Positions 1 to 8,841 are shown, counted from the first letter of the stretch. The stretch: DNA of 64,000 bases from Acidimicrobiia bacterium (GCA_030431785.1 JAUIIM010000001.1:70409-134408); one strand, 5' to 3'. Notes: generated by a model not told the origin, from the letters alone. Numbers and translations: made by a program.

Positions 1-438
1 GAGCAACGACCGTTCGTACCGTTCGCGTGGAGGGAACAGGAACCAGTCGGCGATCAATGCGATCGGTGCGGCGGTGTGTTGGATGTAGTCCACCCAGACG
101 CGGTACTCGCCGACATCCGCTCCGAGCGGTCGGAGGACGACGGCATAGACCAGCAGCGTCACCGTCATGTACAACGTCACCGCTCCACGGAACTTTCCGT
201 TCGTTCCCATCCAATCGGGTCTGATGGCCTGGGCGCCCATGAGGATCATGGCGAGGATGTTCGACTCGATCGTGAAGTACGAGAAGTAGTTGATCGGGTT
301 GAACGGTCGCGAATCGTTGCCAGCCGCATCGGCGAACGAAACGATCAGCGACACCAAGACGGCGATCGCGACGAGGCCCCGGACCACACGGGCAGTCGTT
401 CCCATTCCGCGTGCGGGGGCGCGTGCCTGTGTCGTCAT
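1..438 (-). CDS. Pr6Pr-family integral membrane protein (partial; 3' end runs off the window start)
   Basis: Absent from ORF track because no stop lies in the window. My reverse translation from ATG (complement of 436-438) gives 146 sense codons down to position 1: MTTQARAPARGMGTTARVVRGLVAIAVLVSLIVSFADAAGNDSRPFNPINYFSYFTIESNILAMILMG...QHTAAPIALIADWFLFPPRE. The YFTxxSNxL and HxxxPxxxxxDW motifs fit Pr6Pr/FAR-17a-like proteins. Confidence 0.6.
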   Translation of the reverse strand, partial: MTTQARAPARGMGTTARVVRGLVAIAVLVSLIVSFADAAGNDSRPFNPINYFSYFTIESNILAMILMGAQAIRPDWMGTNGKFRGAVTLYMTVTLLVYAVVLRPLGADVGEYRVWVDYIQHTAAPIALIADWFLFPPRERYERSLL

Positions 439-512
439 GCCCGTCGATCCTACAGCACAGCAACTTTCTCGACAGGGCAATTCCGGGTTGAAAACCAGAC
501 TCCACAAGGGTT

Positions 513-534
513 ACTAGGTAACTAGTTACCTAGT
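513..534. promoter_or_regulatory. 22-bp perfect AT-rich palindrome ACTAGGTAACTAGTTACCTAGT in a divergent promoter region
   Basis: Read directly from the sequence. Self-complementary over 22 bp and contains three CTAG tetramers. Lies between the Pr6Pr gene start (438, -) and the surface protein start (587, +) in otherwise GC-rich DNA. Confidence 0.5.
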
Positions 535-586
535 GCGCGAATCAATGACTTTCAAGGGGTTCGCGGGGTGCGACGAAGGGACGGGT

Positions 587-3094
587 ATGACACACCGCAA
601 CACCTTTCACAAGACCATCCGCATCACCCTCGCTCTGGCGCTCCTCGCGGCGAGCTTCGCCGGAGTCGTCGTCTCGTCGACCCCTGCACAGGCCACACCG
701 GTCGACTGCAGTCGGGGCACGAACCTCTCGTTCGAGCAGCCGGTCATCGACTCCGACTGGGACATCGTCTCCACACCAGGCTGGTCCTCGACCGATACCG
801 GTATCGAGATCTGGCAGTCCGGATTCAACGGCGCCGTGGCACCCGACGGCGACCAGTTGGCAGAACTCCAAGGAAACAACACTGCGGCGAACTGGCAGGA
901 CATCTCGACCTTGCCGGGGGACGTCCTTGCCTGGAGCTTCCATCACCGAGGCCGGGTGAACGATGACACGGTTCGCGTCGACATCGGATCGACGACGACC
1001 CAGACGAACGAGGGTCAGTTCACGACGGGTACGACGGCGTTCATCAAGTACGCCGGTACCTACACGGTTCCGTCGGGGCAGACGACAACACGTTTCGTCC
1101 TGGACCCGGTCGACACCGGCAGTGTCGGAAACCTCGTCGACCTGGTGGAGTTCGCCTTCACCTGCGACATCGACATCACCACGACATTCGACGGCTACAC
1201 CGACCTTGACACGTCCGGCAACGTGACGGTCGGCGACACCTTCGACTTTTCGTATCTCGTCACGAATCTTGGAACGGCGACGCTCGATTCGGTGGGCGTC
1301 ACCGACCTTCTCGGGGAGTCGGTCGTCTGCAACGACACGCTTCTCGTCCCGGACGCAAGCACGACGTGTTCCACGACGCACTCGATCACGCAACCCGAGA
1401 TCGATGCGGGTGCGGTCGTGAGCGATGCGACAGCTTCTGGTACCGACGCAGCGGGCGTGACCGTGACTTCTTCCGATACAGAATCCGTTCCCGTAGAGCA
1501 CGACCCGGCCATCACACTCGAGAAGTCCGGAACGAGCGACAACGCCGTCGTGGCACCGGCAGACAGGACGGACGTCGGAGACGTCATCGACTACACCTTC
1601 TCCGTCACCAACACGGGCAACGTGACGCTGACAGCCATAGCGATCGACGACCCGCCTCTCGCAGCGGTGACCTGCCCTCCCGACGATGTCGCACCCGGTG
1701 CAACCGTCGAGTGCACCGGAAGCTATGGCGTCACCCAGGGCGACATCGAAGCGGGCTCTGTATACAACGAAGCGTCGGCTTCCGCGACCCCACCGGTGGG
1801 TGACGCAGTCGTCACCACCGCTGACACCACGGTTGATCTGGTGCAGGTGACCTCGATCGACATCACGAAGTCCACGGCGACGGTTTCGTACGACACCGTC
1901 GGTGAGGTCGTGACCTATGAACTCACACTCACCAACACCGGCAACGTTGCATTGAGCGACGTGGTCGTATCGGATGCCAACGCAGACGACGGAAGCATCG
2001 AGTGCACTCCGGCCGCACCGCTGTCGCTCGCACCCGGATCGAGCGCGACCTGCACCGCCGAGCACACCGTCACCCAGGACGATCTCGATAGCGGTTCCAT
2101 CTCCAACACGGCGTCTGTCGATGCGGTCGGGACCGCAAACGACGAGCCTGCAACGGCGGCTTCGAACGAGGTGATCGTTGATGCCATCCAGACTCCGGGT
2201 CTTGATGTCACGAAGACCGTGACGAGCGAGCCGCTCGGCGACGGTCGATTCAGCCTCGAATACGTGATCACGGTCACCAACACCGGGAATGTCACTGCGA
2301 CCTCCGTCGCGGTGACCGATGATCTCGACGCAGTGTTCGGACCCGATGGCTATGCGATCGAGACCATGTCCTCCACGGTCTTTACGGTCAATCCGGCATA
2401 TGACGGGTCGACGGACACCGAGATGCTCGTCGGTTCCGACACCCTCGCACCCGGTGCGTCCGGTGCGATCTACCTCAGCGTGACAACCGAACCAACCGCG
2501 AATCCCGGTCCGTACGTGAACAACGTCTCGGTCCTCGCCGACGGTGCCGGTGAACCGACGAGCGCCGTGGCCGATGTCGGCGCAGAGCTCGACGTGTCCT
2601 TCGATCTGCGAATCGAGAAGACATCGTCCGTGTCGGTTGCCCCGGGTGACGATGCCACGTGGACGATCACGGTCATCAACGAAGGGCCATCCGCAACCTT
2701 TGGTCCGATCACCGTGACGGACACCCTCACTGACGACCTCTCGTACGTCGGTTTCAACGGCACCGGTTGGGCATGCACACACAGCCATGGTGTCGTGACC
2801 TGCACCCGCGACGGTGCGCTCGCTTCCGGCGAGTCGACGAGTCTCGAGATCGTCACCACAGTGAATGCGGCGATCGGCGAGACCGTCGAGAACCGGGCCT
2901 CGGTCGTCGCTTCGGATGGTGAGAACGAGACGGATCCATCGAACAACGCGGCCGTGGCCTCCATCAACGTGGACTCGTTGCCCATTACCGGGATCGACAC
3001 GGCAGACTTCGCAGCGATCGCCCTTGCAAGTCTTGTCTTCGGATTGATGCTGGTGGGCCTGACGTCCCGTCGCCGTCCGAGAACCGCTCGCTGA
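587..3094 (+). CDS. Secreted, sortase-anchored surface protein: N-terminal jelly-roll/lectin-like module, five Ig-like DUF7507/DUF11-type repeats, LPITG sorting signal
   Basis: ORF 533..3094. Start moved to ATG 587 (MTHRNTFHKTIRITLALALLAASFAGVVVSSTPAQA signal peptide). Repeats carry VGDxxxYxFxVTNTGNVTL...TQxDIDxGSxxNxAxA signatures. Last repeat is DUF11-like (DLRIEKT...INEGPS...DPSNNAA). C-terminus is LPITG (2978-2992) plus a hydrophobic helix plus RRRPRTAR. Confidence 0.85.
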   Translation: MTHRNTFHKTIRITLALALLAASFAGVVVSSTPAQATPVDCSRGTNLSFEQPVIDSDWDIVSTPGWSSTDTGIEIWQSGFNGAVAPDGDQLAELQGNNTAANWQDISTLPGDVLAWSFHHRGRVNDDTVRVDIGSTTTQTNEGQFTTGTTAFIKYAGTYTVPSGQTTTRFVLDPVDTGSVGNLVDLVEFAFTCDIDITTTFDGYTDLDTSGNVTVGDTFDFSYLVTNLGTATLDSVGVTDLLGESVVCNDTLLVPDASTTCSTTHSITQPEIDAGAVVSDATASGTDAAGVTVTSSDTESVPVEHDPAITLEKSGTSDNAVVAPADRTDVGDVIDYTFSVTNTGNVTLTAIAIDDPPLAAVTCPPDDVAPGATVECTGSYGVTQGDIEAGSVYNEASASATPPVGDAVVTTADTTVDLVQVTSIDITKSTATVSYDTVGEVVTYELTLTNTGNVALSDVVVSDANADDGSIECTPAAPLSLAPGSSATCTAEHTVTQDDLDSGSISNTASVDAVGTANDEPATAASNEVIVDAIQTPGLDVTKTVTSEPLGDGRFSLEYVITVTNTGNVTATSVAVTDDLDAVFGPDGYAIETMSSTVFTVNPAYDGSTDTEMLVGSDTLAPGASGAIYLSVTTEPTANPGPYVNNVSVLADGAGEPTSAVADVGAELDVSFDLRIEKTSSVSVAPGDDATWTITVINEGPSATFGPITVTDTLTDDLSYVGFNGTGWACTHSHGVVTCTRDGALASGESTSLEIVTTVNAAIGETVENRASVVASDGENETDPSNNAAVASINVDSLPITGIDTADFAAIALASLVFGLMLVGLTSRRRPRTAR

Positions 3095-3095
3095 G

Positions 3096-3665
3096 TCAGC
3101 CGAAGGTCACCACGGTGTCGGCGTCGTCCTGTAGATCGCGTGCGTTCGGTCCGTAGCTCTCGGCGAACGCGTGGAGCGCCTCTCGCCCGACGGTGAGCCT
3201 TTGCGAGAACACAGTCCACTCGATTCCGGAGGTGTATGGCGGCGTCGTCAGCGACCCGAGGTAGCGGAAGGCGGGAGACGTCGTCGGTACGATCCGTTCC
3301 AGGTGGGCCATCGTTGGGGAGTCAGTGGCCCGTCCGATGAATTGATCGATCGGGTGCTCTCCCTCATCGACGTCGAACATCACCCCGAGCACGGCAAGCT
3401 TCCCCTCTGCCGACTCATGCACCAGATGCGTCTCCAAGTCGGCGCGGTGACCATCGATGGTGTGCTCGGACGGGGCGTGGGAATGGATTTCGATGAGGGT
3501 GTACTGGAGCCCGTCGAGATCCAGCACACCGCCGGGCTCGGCAAGCGCCGACACGGTGGTGCCACGGTCGACGAGCCGGATGGTGCTCATGTGGTGATAA
3601 GAGATCGAGCCGCGGGCCGTGTGCCGACCGGACGTCCGGGAGTTCAGGGCGATGGGTGACTGCAT
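3096..3665 (-). CDS. Alpha-class carbonic anhydrase, short form without signal peptide
   Basis: 189-aa ORF with IHSHAPSEH...HLVH (alpha-CA three-His zinc pattern), GKLAVLGVMF and YLGSLTTPP...IEW. It starts at the conserved QSPI motif (MQSPIAL). It lies 37 nt downstream of the SLH-LRR gene on the same strand. Confidence 0.7.
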   Translation of the reverse strand: MQSPIALNSRTSGRHTARGSISYHHMSTIRLVDRGTTVSALAEPGGVLDLDGLQYTLIEIHSHAPSEHTIDGHRADLETHLVHESAEGKLAVLGVMFDVDEGEHPIDQFIGRATDSPTMAHLERIVPTTSPAFRYLGSLTTPPYTSGIEWTVFSQRLTVGREALHAFAESYGPNARDLQDDADTVVTFG

Positions 3666-3702
3666 GGGCCGATCGTACCCGCCTTCCGGTCAGCGTCCGA
3701 GG

Positions 3703-5856
3703 TCACGGACACCCGTCGTTCCAGCCCGGAGCGTTCGCATCCAGCCAGGTCGCATACGCACCGTTGGGTGTGGTGAGGCACCCGGACTGACCGAACAGGA
3801 TCAAGGTCGCGAGGTTCGGGAGGGTCATGAAGCCTCCCGGGACCTCTCCTGCGAGCCCGTTGTTGGCGAGGTTGACCAGTACCAGCGTGTCGACGCTGGC
3901 GATCGACGCAGGGATGGCGCCTGTCAGCGCGTTGCCGTTGACCATGAGGGTGATGAGGCCGGGAGGATTGCCGAGTTCGGTGGGTATCGGCCCCGTGAGC
4001 TGGTTGTTGCTGACGATCAGATACTCGAGTGTGGTGAGATCCCCCAGATCGGCCGGGATGGACCCGTCGAGCATGTTGTCGGCAAGGTGGATCGTGTCGA
4101 TCGCGGGGAGATCGCCCAGCTCGACCGGTATGCCCCCAGTGAGTTCGTTTCCGTAGAGATACAGCTGTTCGAGCGTCGTCAGCGAACCGATCTGTGTCGG
4201 GATTGCTCCGTCGAGATCATTGCTCGCGAGATTGAAGTACACGATGGAAGAGAGTCCACCGATCTCGGTGGGGATGGAGCCGTCGAGTTCGTTGGCGCGG
4301 AGGTTCAGCGTCTCCAGGTTCTCCAAGCCGAAGAGTTCCGGTGGAAGCTCCCCGAGGAAGTTGTTCTCTTGGCCGAAGAGGGTTTCGAGCGATGTCAGCT
4401 GACCGATGGCCGCCGGGATCAGTCCGGTGAACTCGTTGCCGTTGACTCGAAGTGTCACGAGGTCCTCGAGGTTGCCGATGTCCTCCGAGATCACACTGGT
4501 GAAGCCGTTGTCGTCGAGGCCCAGATACCTGAGGGCGGTCAGATCCCACAGCTCACTCGGGAGCACCCCGTCGAGATCGTTGTCGCTGAGGCTCAGGTGG
4601 GTGAGCTGTGTCAGCTGCCCGATCTCTGCCGGGATCGAACCGGTGAGGGCGTTGGATCGTAGATCCAGGGAACTCAGAGCAACGAGGTTCCCGATCTCGG
4701 TCGGGATGGAGCCGAGGAGGTTGTTCTCCGAGAAATTGATGGTGTCGAGCTCCGTCAGGTCGCCGAGGCTCGCAGGGATCAGTCCCGTCAGGTCGTTGGC
4801 GCTGAGGTCGAGCGCTTCCAGATCGAGGAGATTGCCGATGTCCTCGGAGATGACGCTCTCGAGAAGGTTGTGGGACAGGTCGAGTGACTCGAGCCCCACC
4901 AGCGACCACACTTCCGACGGAATCGTGCCGGAGATGCTGTTGCCCCGGAGCTCGAGCTGTGTCATGTGAGCGAGATCCTCGATCTCGCTCGGGAGTGGCC
5001 CGTCGAGGCCTTTGAACAGGAGAACGAGCGACGACACGTTCGATCCGTCGCACCCGACTCCGGTCCACACGCACGGGTTCGGATGTGCCTTCCAGTGGTC
5101 CACGTCGGTCCACGCTGGTCCGTTCGTCGAGCTGTACAACGCGAGAAGTGCTTCGCATTCGGAGGGCTCGACGCCTGTCTGTACGTTGCAGTCGTACAGC
5201 TGCGGCTGTCGGTTGGTGCCGGGCTCCCCGACCAGCGGCTCACCAGCGAACCGCCATAGGAAGGTTGCGAACTGTGCCCGAGTGACAGGATCGTGGGGAG
5301 AGAACGTGGTGGGACTGGTTCCCTGCGTAAGGCCGTGTTCCACCATCCAGAGAACCGCGTTCGTGAACCACTCGCCGAGCGGAACATCGTCGAACCCCGG
5401 GTCCTTTCCCCCCGGGATCGGTTCGCCGGCGTAGCGGTACAGGAACGTTGCGGCTTGGGCGCGCGTCAGTAGGTCGTCTGGGCCGAAGTGTGTCTTGCTG
5501 ATGCCTTGCGTGATCGCATGAAGGAGAAGCCATCCGACGGCGTCTTCGTAGTACACCCCGCTCGGGATGTCGACGAACCAGTGGTCGACACCGAGGGGCT
5601 CGCCGCCGAACCGATGGAGGAATGCCGCGACCTGGGCTCGCGTCACCGGGTCGTCGGGGGAGAAGGTGGTCGGCGACGTCCCGGATGTGATCCCCTGATC
5701 GACCATCCAGTCGACGGCATCGGCGTAGTACGCCCCCGGATCGACGTCGTCGAATCCGACCGCTGGGCTGACTGCGAAGATACCGAGGAACAGTGCAACC
5801 GCTGCGGCGATGGCGAGAAACCGCCGTCGGAACGGCGCGCTGAGCAGACTCGTCAT
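3703..5856 (-). CDS. Secreted protein with three SLH-type cell-wall-binding domains, an LRRNT-like Cys cap and about 17 plant-type leucine-rich repeats
   Basis: ORF 3703..5916. Likely start is ATG at 5856 (MTSLLSAPFRRRFLAIAAAVALFLGIFAVSPAVG). Three copies of FxDVxxGxYYxDAVxWxxxxGITxGTSxTxFxPxxxxTRAQxAxFLxR. Then ECEALLALYSSTNGPAWTD..W....PCVWTGVGCDG. Then 24-residue units of LxxLxLxxNxLxGxIPxxxGxL, and a C-terminal Cys-containing cap ending NDGCP. Confidence 0.85.
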   Translation of the reverse strand: MTSLLSAPFRRRFLAIAAAVALFLGIFAVSPAVGFDDVDPGAYYADAVDWMVDQGITSGTSPTTFSPDDPVTRAQVAAFLHRFGGEPLGVDHWFVDIPSGVYYEDAVGWLLLHAITQGISKTHFGPDDLLTRAQAATFLYRYAGEPIPGGKDPGFDDVPLGEWFTNAVLWMVEHGLTQGTSPTTFSPHDPVTRAQFATFLWRFAGEPLVGEPGTNRQPQLYDCNVQTGVEPSECEALLALYSSTNGPAWTDVDHWKAHPNPCVWTGVGCDGSNVSSLVLLFKGLDGPLPSEIEDLAHMTQLELRGNSISGTIPSEVWSLVGLESLDLSHNLLESVISEDIGNLLDLEALDLSANDLTGLIPASLGDLTELDTINFSENNLLGSIPTEIGNLVALSSLDLRSNALTGSIPAEIGQLTQLTHLSLSDNDLDGVLPSELWDLTALRYLGLDDNGFTSVISEDIGNLEDLVTLRVNGNEFTGLIPAAIGQLTSLETLFGQENNFLGELPPELFGLENLETLNLRANELDGSIPTEIGGLSSIVYFNLASNDLDGAIPTQIGSLTTLEQLYLYGNELTGGIPVELGDLPAIDTIHLADNMLDGSIPADLGDLTTLEYLIVSNNQLTGPIPTELGNPPGLITLMVNGNALTGAIPASIASVDTLVLVNLANNGLAGEVPGGFMTLPNLATLILFGQSGCLTTPNGAYATWLDANAPGWNDGCP

Positions 5857-5997
5857 GGTGACCCGATCCCTTCGGTGAAGCCTCGTTGCACAGCGTACGC
5901 GAGTCTCCATCGTCATGGTGGCCTCGATCGCATCTCGGACCGGGCGATAGCCTTGGCGGTCGCGCTACTCAAGTATCGAGGGGACGGTGCCGATTCA

Positions 5998-7074
5998 ATG
6001 CGTATGGATCTAGGAGTGGCGACTCGACCGGGTCGCACACGTTCGTTGTCGCTTCCGCGCGTTGCGCTGGGGTGCGCTGTCGCGCTCGCGGCAATGTTCG
6101 TTGTCCTCGCCGTCGGTCAACGTCCCGCCTTGGCCGTCTCCAGCCAAACGGGGTTCGAGCACTGCCTGCTCGACAAGATCAACGAGGCCAGAGCCGATCA
6201 CGGTGTTCCCCCCGTAGAGATGGCGTATGACCGGATTCCCCAGGTCCGGGACTGGTCAGAGTGGATGCGCTTCAACGAGTTCCGTCACATGACGAACGCC
6301 GAACGGAATCCGATCCTCCCGAGCACGTGGTGGACCTGGGCGGAGAACATCGCGATGTATGGGAGCCAACACATCGGTTGTGGCGTCATCCACAACATGT
6401 TCATGAACTCGTCGGGGCACCGGGCCAACATCCTCAACTCGAAGCAGGAGTATGTAGCTCTTGGTGCCTACGTGGACGGTTCCGGTTGGTGGGTGACCCA
6501 GTTGTTCTTCTCCGCTCACGGCTATGTACCGGAATGCGACGGAGCGTTCTGTGACGACGACGAGTCCCCGTTCGAACCGGACATCAACACAATCGCCGCT
6601 GAGGGTGTGACCAACGGCTGCAACTCCATCGGGACGCGCTTTTGTCCCGAGGAGGGTGTCACCCGTGCCGAGATGGCCTCGTTCATCGTTCGGTTGCTCG
6701 GATTGACGGATCGTGGATCGGTGGATTTCACTGATGACGACCATTCCGTGCACGAGGCTGATATCGAGCGGCTGGCAACGGCGGGTATCACGCTGGGCTG
6801 CGATGTGAGCGGCCCGAGATTCTGTCCGGACCGGATCGTCCCACGTGAGCAGATGGCAGCCTTCTTGGCGCGAGCGCTCGGATTGACGGATCGTGGATCG
6901 GTGGATTTCACCGATGACGATGGGTCGCCGTTCGAAGCAGACATCGAGCGGGTTGCCACGGCCGGGATCTCCATGGGTTGCGACGCCAGCGGCCCGCGCT
7001 TCTGTCCGACGGCACCGGTCACCCGTGAACAGATGGCCGGCTTCCTGGCTCGATCACTCTCGCTCCTCGACTGA
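5998..7074 (+). CDS. Secreted CAP/SCP (PR-1-like, YkwD-type) domain protein with three C-terminal SLH-like repeats
   Basis: ORF 5488..7074, trimmed to ATG 5998 (MRMDLGVATRPGRTRSLSLPRVALGCAVALAAMFVVLAVGQRPALA). CAP-like core: INEARADHGVPP...SSGHRANILN..YVALGAY. Three repeats of FxDDDxSxxExDIxxxAxxGITxGCxxxGxRFCPxxxVTREQMAxFLxRxLxL. Confidence 0.8.
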   Translation: MRMDLGVATRPGRTRSLSLPRVALGCAVALAAMFVVLAVGQRPALAVSSQTGFEHCLLDKINEARADHGVPPVEMAYDRIPQVRDWSEWMRFNEFRHMTNAERNPILPSTWWTWAENIAMYGSQHIGCGVIHNMFMNSSGHRANILNSKQEYVALGAYVDGSGWWVTQLFFSAHGYVPECDGAFCDDDESPFEPDINTIAAEGVTNGCNSIGTRFCPEEGVTRAEMASFIVRLLGLTDRGSVDFTDDDHSVHEADIERLATAGITLGCDVSGPRFCPDRIVPREQMAAFLARALGLTDRGSVDFTDDDGSPFEADIERVATAGISMGCDASGPRFCPTAPVTREQMAGFLARSLSLLD

Positions 7075-7099
7075 TTCGGCGTCTGGCTTCGGACGCGCA

Positions 7100-7128
7100 A
7101 GAGGGGCGATCCGCCAGATCGCCCCTCT
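7100..7128. terminator. Bidirectional hairpin between convergent genes
   Basis: AGAGGGGCGATC-cgcca-GATCGCCCCTCT forms a perfect 12-bp stem with a 5-nt loop. It lies between the CAP-SLH stop (7074, +) and the ino1 stop (7180, -). Confidence 0.6.
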
Positions 7129-7179
7129 CACTTCGATCGTACGTGATCCGCCCCGGGTGGCACCGGGAACGATACCGCG

Positions 7180-8289
7180 TCATGCCGTCAGGAACTTCTC
7201 CAGGTCGGCAGCAGTCTGGTCGTCGCCTACGATGAACGCCTCGACGTTGTCGTGGGCGACGCTGTCGTGGTACTGGACCGATGGCGACTTCATGAAGTAC
7301 GAAGACGGGGCGAGGAGTGGCCCTGCCATCCCACGATCCAGACCGATCTTTGCGCAACGCACTGCGTCGATGATCACACCGGCAGAGTTGGGGGAGTCCC
7401 ACACCTCGAGTTTGAGCTCGACGTTGAGTGGCGTGTCGCCGAAGGACGTACCTTCGAGCCGGATGTAGGCCCACTTGCGGTCCGTGAGCCACGGAACGTG
7501 GTCCGAGGGACCGATGTGGACGGAGTCGGTCGAGATGCCCTGATCGATCTGCGAAGTCACGGACTGCGTCTTCGAGATCTTCTTCGACTGGAGGCGATTC
7601 CGCTCCAACATGTTCATGAAGTCCATGTTGCCCCCGAAGTTCAGCTGGTACGTGTTGTCGATCTTGACACCACGGTCTTCGAACAGGCGGGCGAGCTGAC
7701 GGTGCGTGATCGTGGCACCGACCTGGGACTTGATGTCGTCACCGATGATCGGGAGACCGGCGTCGACGAACTTCTGTGCCCACTCGGGATCGGAGGCGAT
7801 GAACACGGGGATCGCGTTCACGAACGCAACACCGGCGTCGAGTGCCGCCTGTGCGTAGAACTTGGTGGCTTCTTCCGAACCGACGGGGAGATAGGAGACG
7901 AGCACATCGGCGCCGGACTCTTTCAACGCCTCCACGACATCGACCGGCTCAGCAGGGGACTCTTCGACCTGGTCGACGTAGTACTGACCGAGGCCGTCGA
8001 GCGTCGGGCCACGGAGCACCTCAACGCCGAGGTTCGAGACATCGGCGAACTGGATCGTGTTGTTCTGGCCCGCCCAGATCGCCTTGGCGATATCCTGACC
8101 GACCTTGGAAGCGTCGACGTCGAACGCTGCGACGAACTCCACATCTCCGACGTGGTAGTCACCGAGTTGGACGTGCATCAGGCCGGGGACACTGAGCTCC
8201 GGGTCGGCGTCCTTGTAGTACTCGACTCCTTGGATGAGCGAGTTGGCGCAGTTTCCGAGCCCTGCGATGGCTACTCGTACCTTGGACAT
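7180..8289 (-). CDS. ino1: myo-Inositol-1-phosphate (inositol-3-phosphate) synthase
   Basis: 369 aa. [29 protein letters not shown]-terminus and overall length are typical of actinobacterial Ino1. Located immediately downstream of a PadR gene, as in mycobacteria. Confidence 0.9.
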   Translation of the reverse strand: MSKVRVAIAGLGNCANSLIQGVEYYKDADPELSVPGLMHVQLGDYHVGDVEFVAAFDVDASKVGQDIAKAIWAGQNNTIQFADVSNLGVEVLRGPTLDGLGQYYVDQVEESPAEPVDVVEALKESGADVLVSYLPVGSEEATKFYAQAALDAGVAFVNAIPVFIASDPEWAQKFVDAGLPIIGDDIKSQVGATITHRQLARLFEDRGVKIDNTYQLNFGGNMDFMNMLERNRLQSKKISKTQSVTSQIDQGISTDSVHIGPSDHVPWLTDRKWAYIRLEGTSFGDTPLNVELKLEVWDSPNSAGVIIDAVRCAKIGLDRGMAGPLLAPSSYFMKSPSVQYHDSVAHDNVEAFIVGDDQTAADLEKFLTA

Positions 8290-8314
8290 GGTGTTTCTCC
8301 TCTGGTGGTCCGGG

Positions 8315-8830
8315 CTAGATGCTCGCCCCGAGCCGACGCTCGGTGGCGATCAGGCTGTCCAGCCATGCGACATCTGCTTCGATGGACTGCATCGCATGCT
8401 CCATGAGAGCGAGGCGATAGCGGTCCGGGTCTTGGGCGGTGCGTGCTTCGACGAAGATCTCGCGGGCAGCTTTGAGCTGGCCGGAGAGCTGCGTGCGGCG
8501 ACGATTCAGCACTCGTTCGCGGTGATCCTTCGGGAGGCGGGAGAGGAAGGCGAGGCGTATCTGGAAGGCCCGGTCGGTCTCGGATGCTTCAGGGTCTGCA
8601 GCCAAGAGTTCAGCGAAGACGGTGCGGCCCTCGTCGGTGATCTCGTAGGCCTTTCGCCGCCCGGATCCTTCGGTCGCCTCGATCGCTCCGCGCTTCTCGA
8701 GCCGGCGGAGTGCCGGGTACAGGGAACCGAACGACACGGTCCAGAAGCCGAGTTCAGCGAGGGACCGCTTGATCTCGTACCCGTGGCGCGGGCGTTCCAT
8801 GAGCAGTCCGAGGACGGCGAAGTCGAGCAT
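8315..8830 (-). CDS. PadR-family transcriptional regulator
   Basis: 171 aa. [50 protein letters not shown] is a winged-helix PadR signature. The gap to ino1 is 25 nt, implying an operon. Confidence 0.85.
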   Translation of the reverse strand: MLDFAVLGLLMERPRHGYEIKRSLAELGFWTVSFGSLYPALRRLEKRGAIEATEGSGRRKAYEITDEGRTVFAELLAADPEASETDRAFQIRLAFLSRLPKDHRERVLNRRRTQLSGQLKAAREIFVEARTAQDPDRYRLALMEHAMQSIEADVAWLDSLIATERRLGASI

Positions 8831-8841
8831 GACGGGCAGTG

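Noticed and set aside
542-2788. 748-aa ORF antisense to the adhesin gene
   Set aside because: Arg/Gly/Asp/Val-rich with no recognisable motif. It lies entirely opposite a gene with clear signal peptide, repeat and LPITG structure, which makes it a typical high-GC shadow ORF.
3619-4662. 347-aa plus-strand ORF opposite the LRR gene; similar long antisense ORFs at 60002..61225, 33671..34435, 44172..44960, 36098..36937 and 31758..32552
   Set aside because: All lie opposite genes with strong family signatures and have Arg/Pro/Gly-rich composition without motifs. I treat them as non-coding.
3830-5050. 72-bp periodicity in DNA (possible noncoding tandem repeat or mobile-element array)
   Set aside because: The periodicity is explained by in-frame 24-residue LRR units of a single long ORF.
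5488-5997. 170-codon N-terminal extension of the CAP-SLH ORF
   Set aside because: The extension overlaps the 5' end of the divergent LRR gene and has no signal or protein-like features. A signal peptide begins right after ATG 5998.
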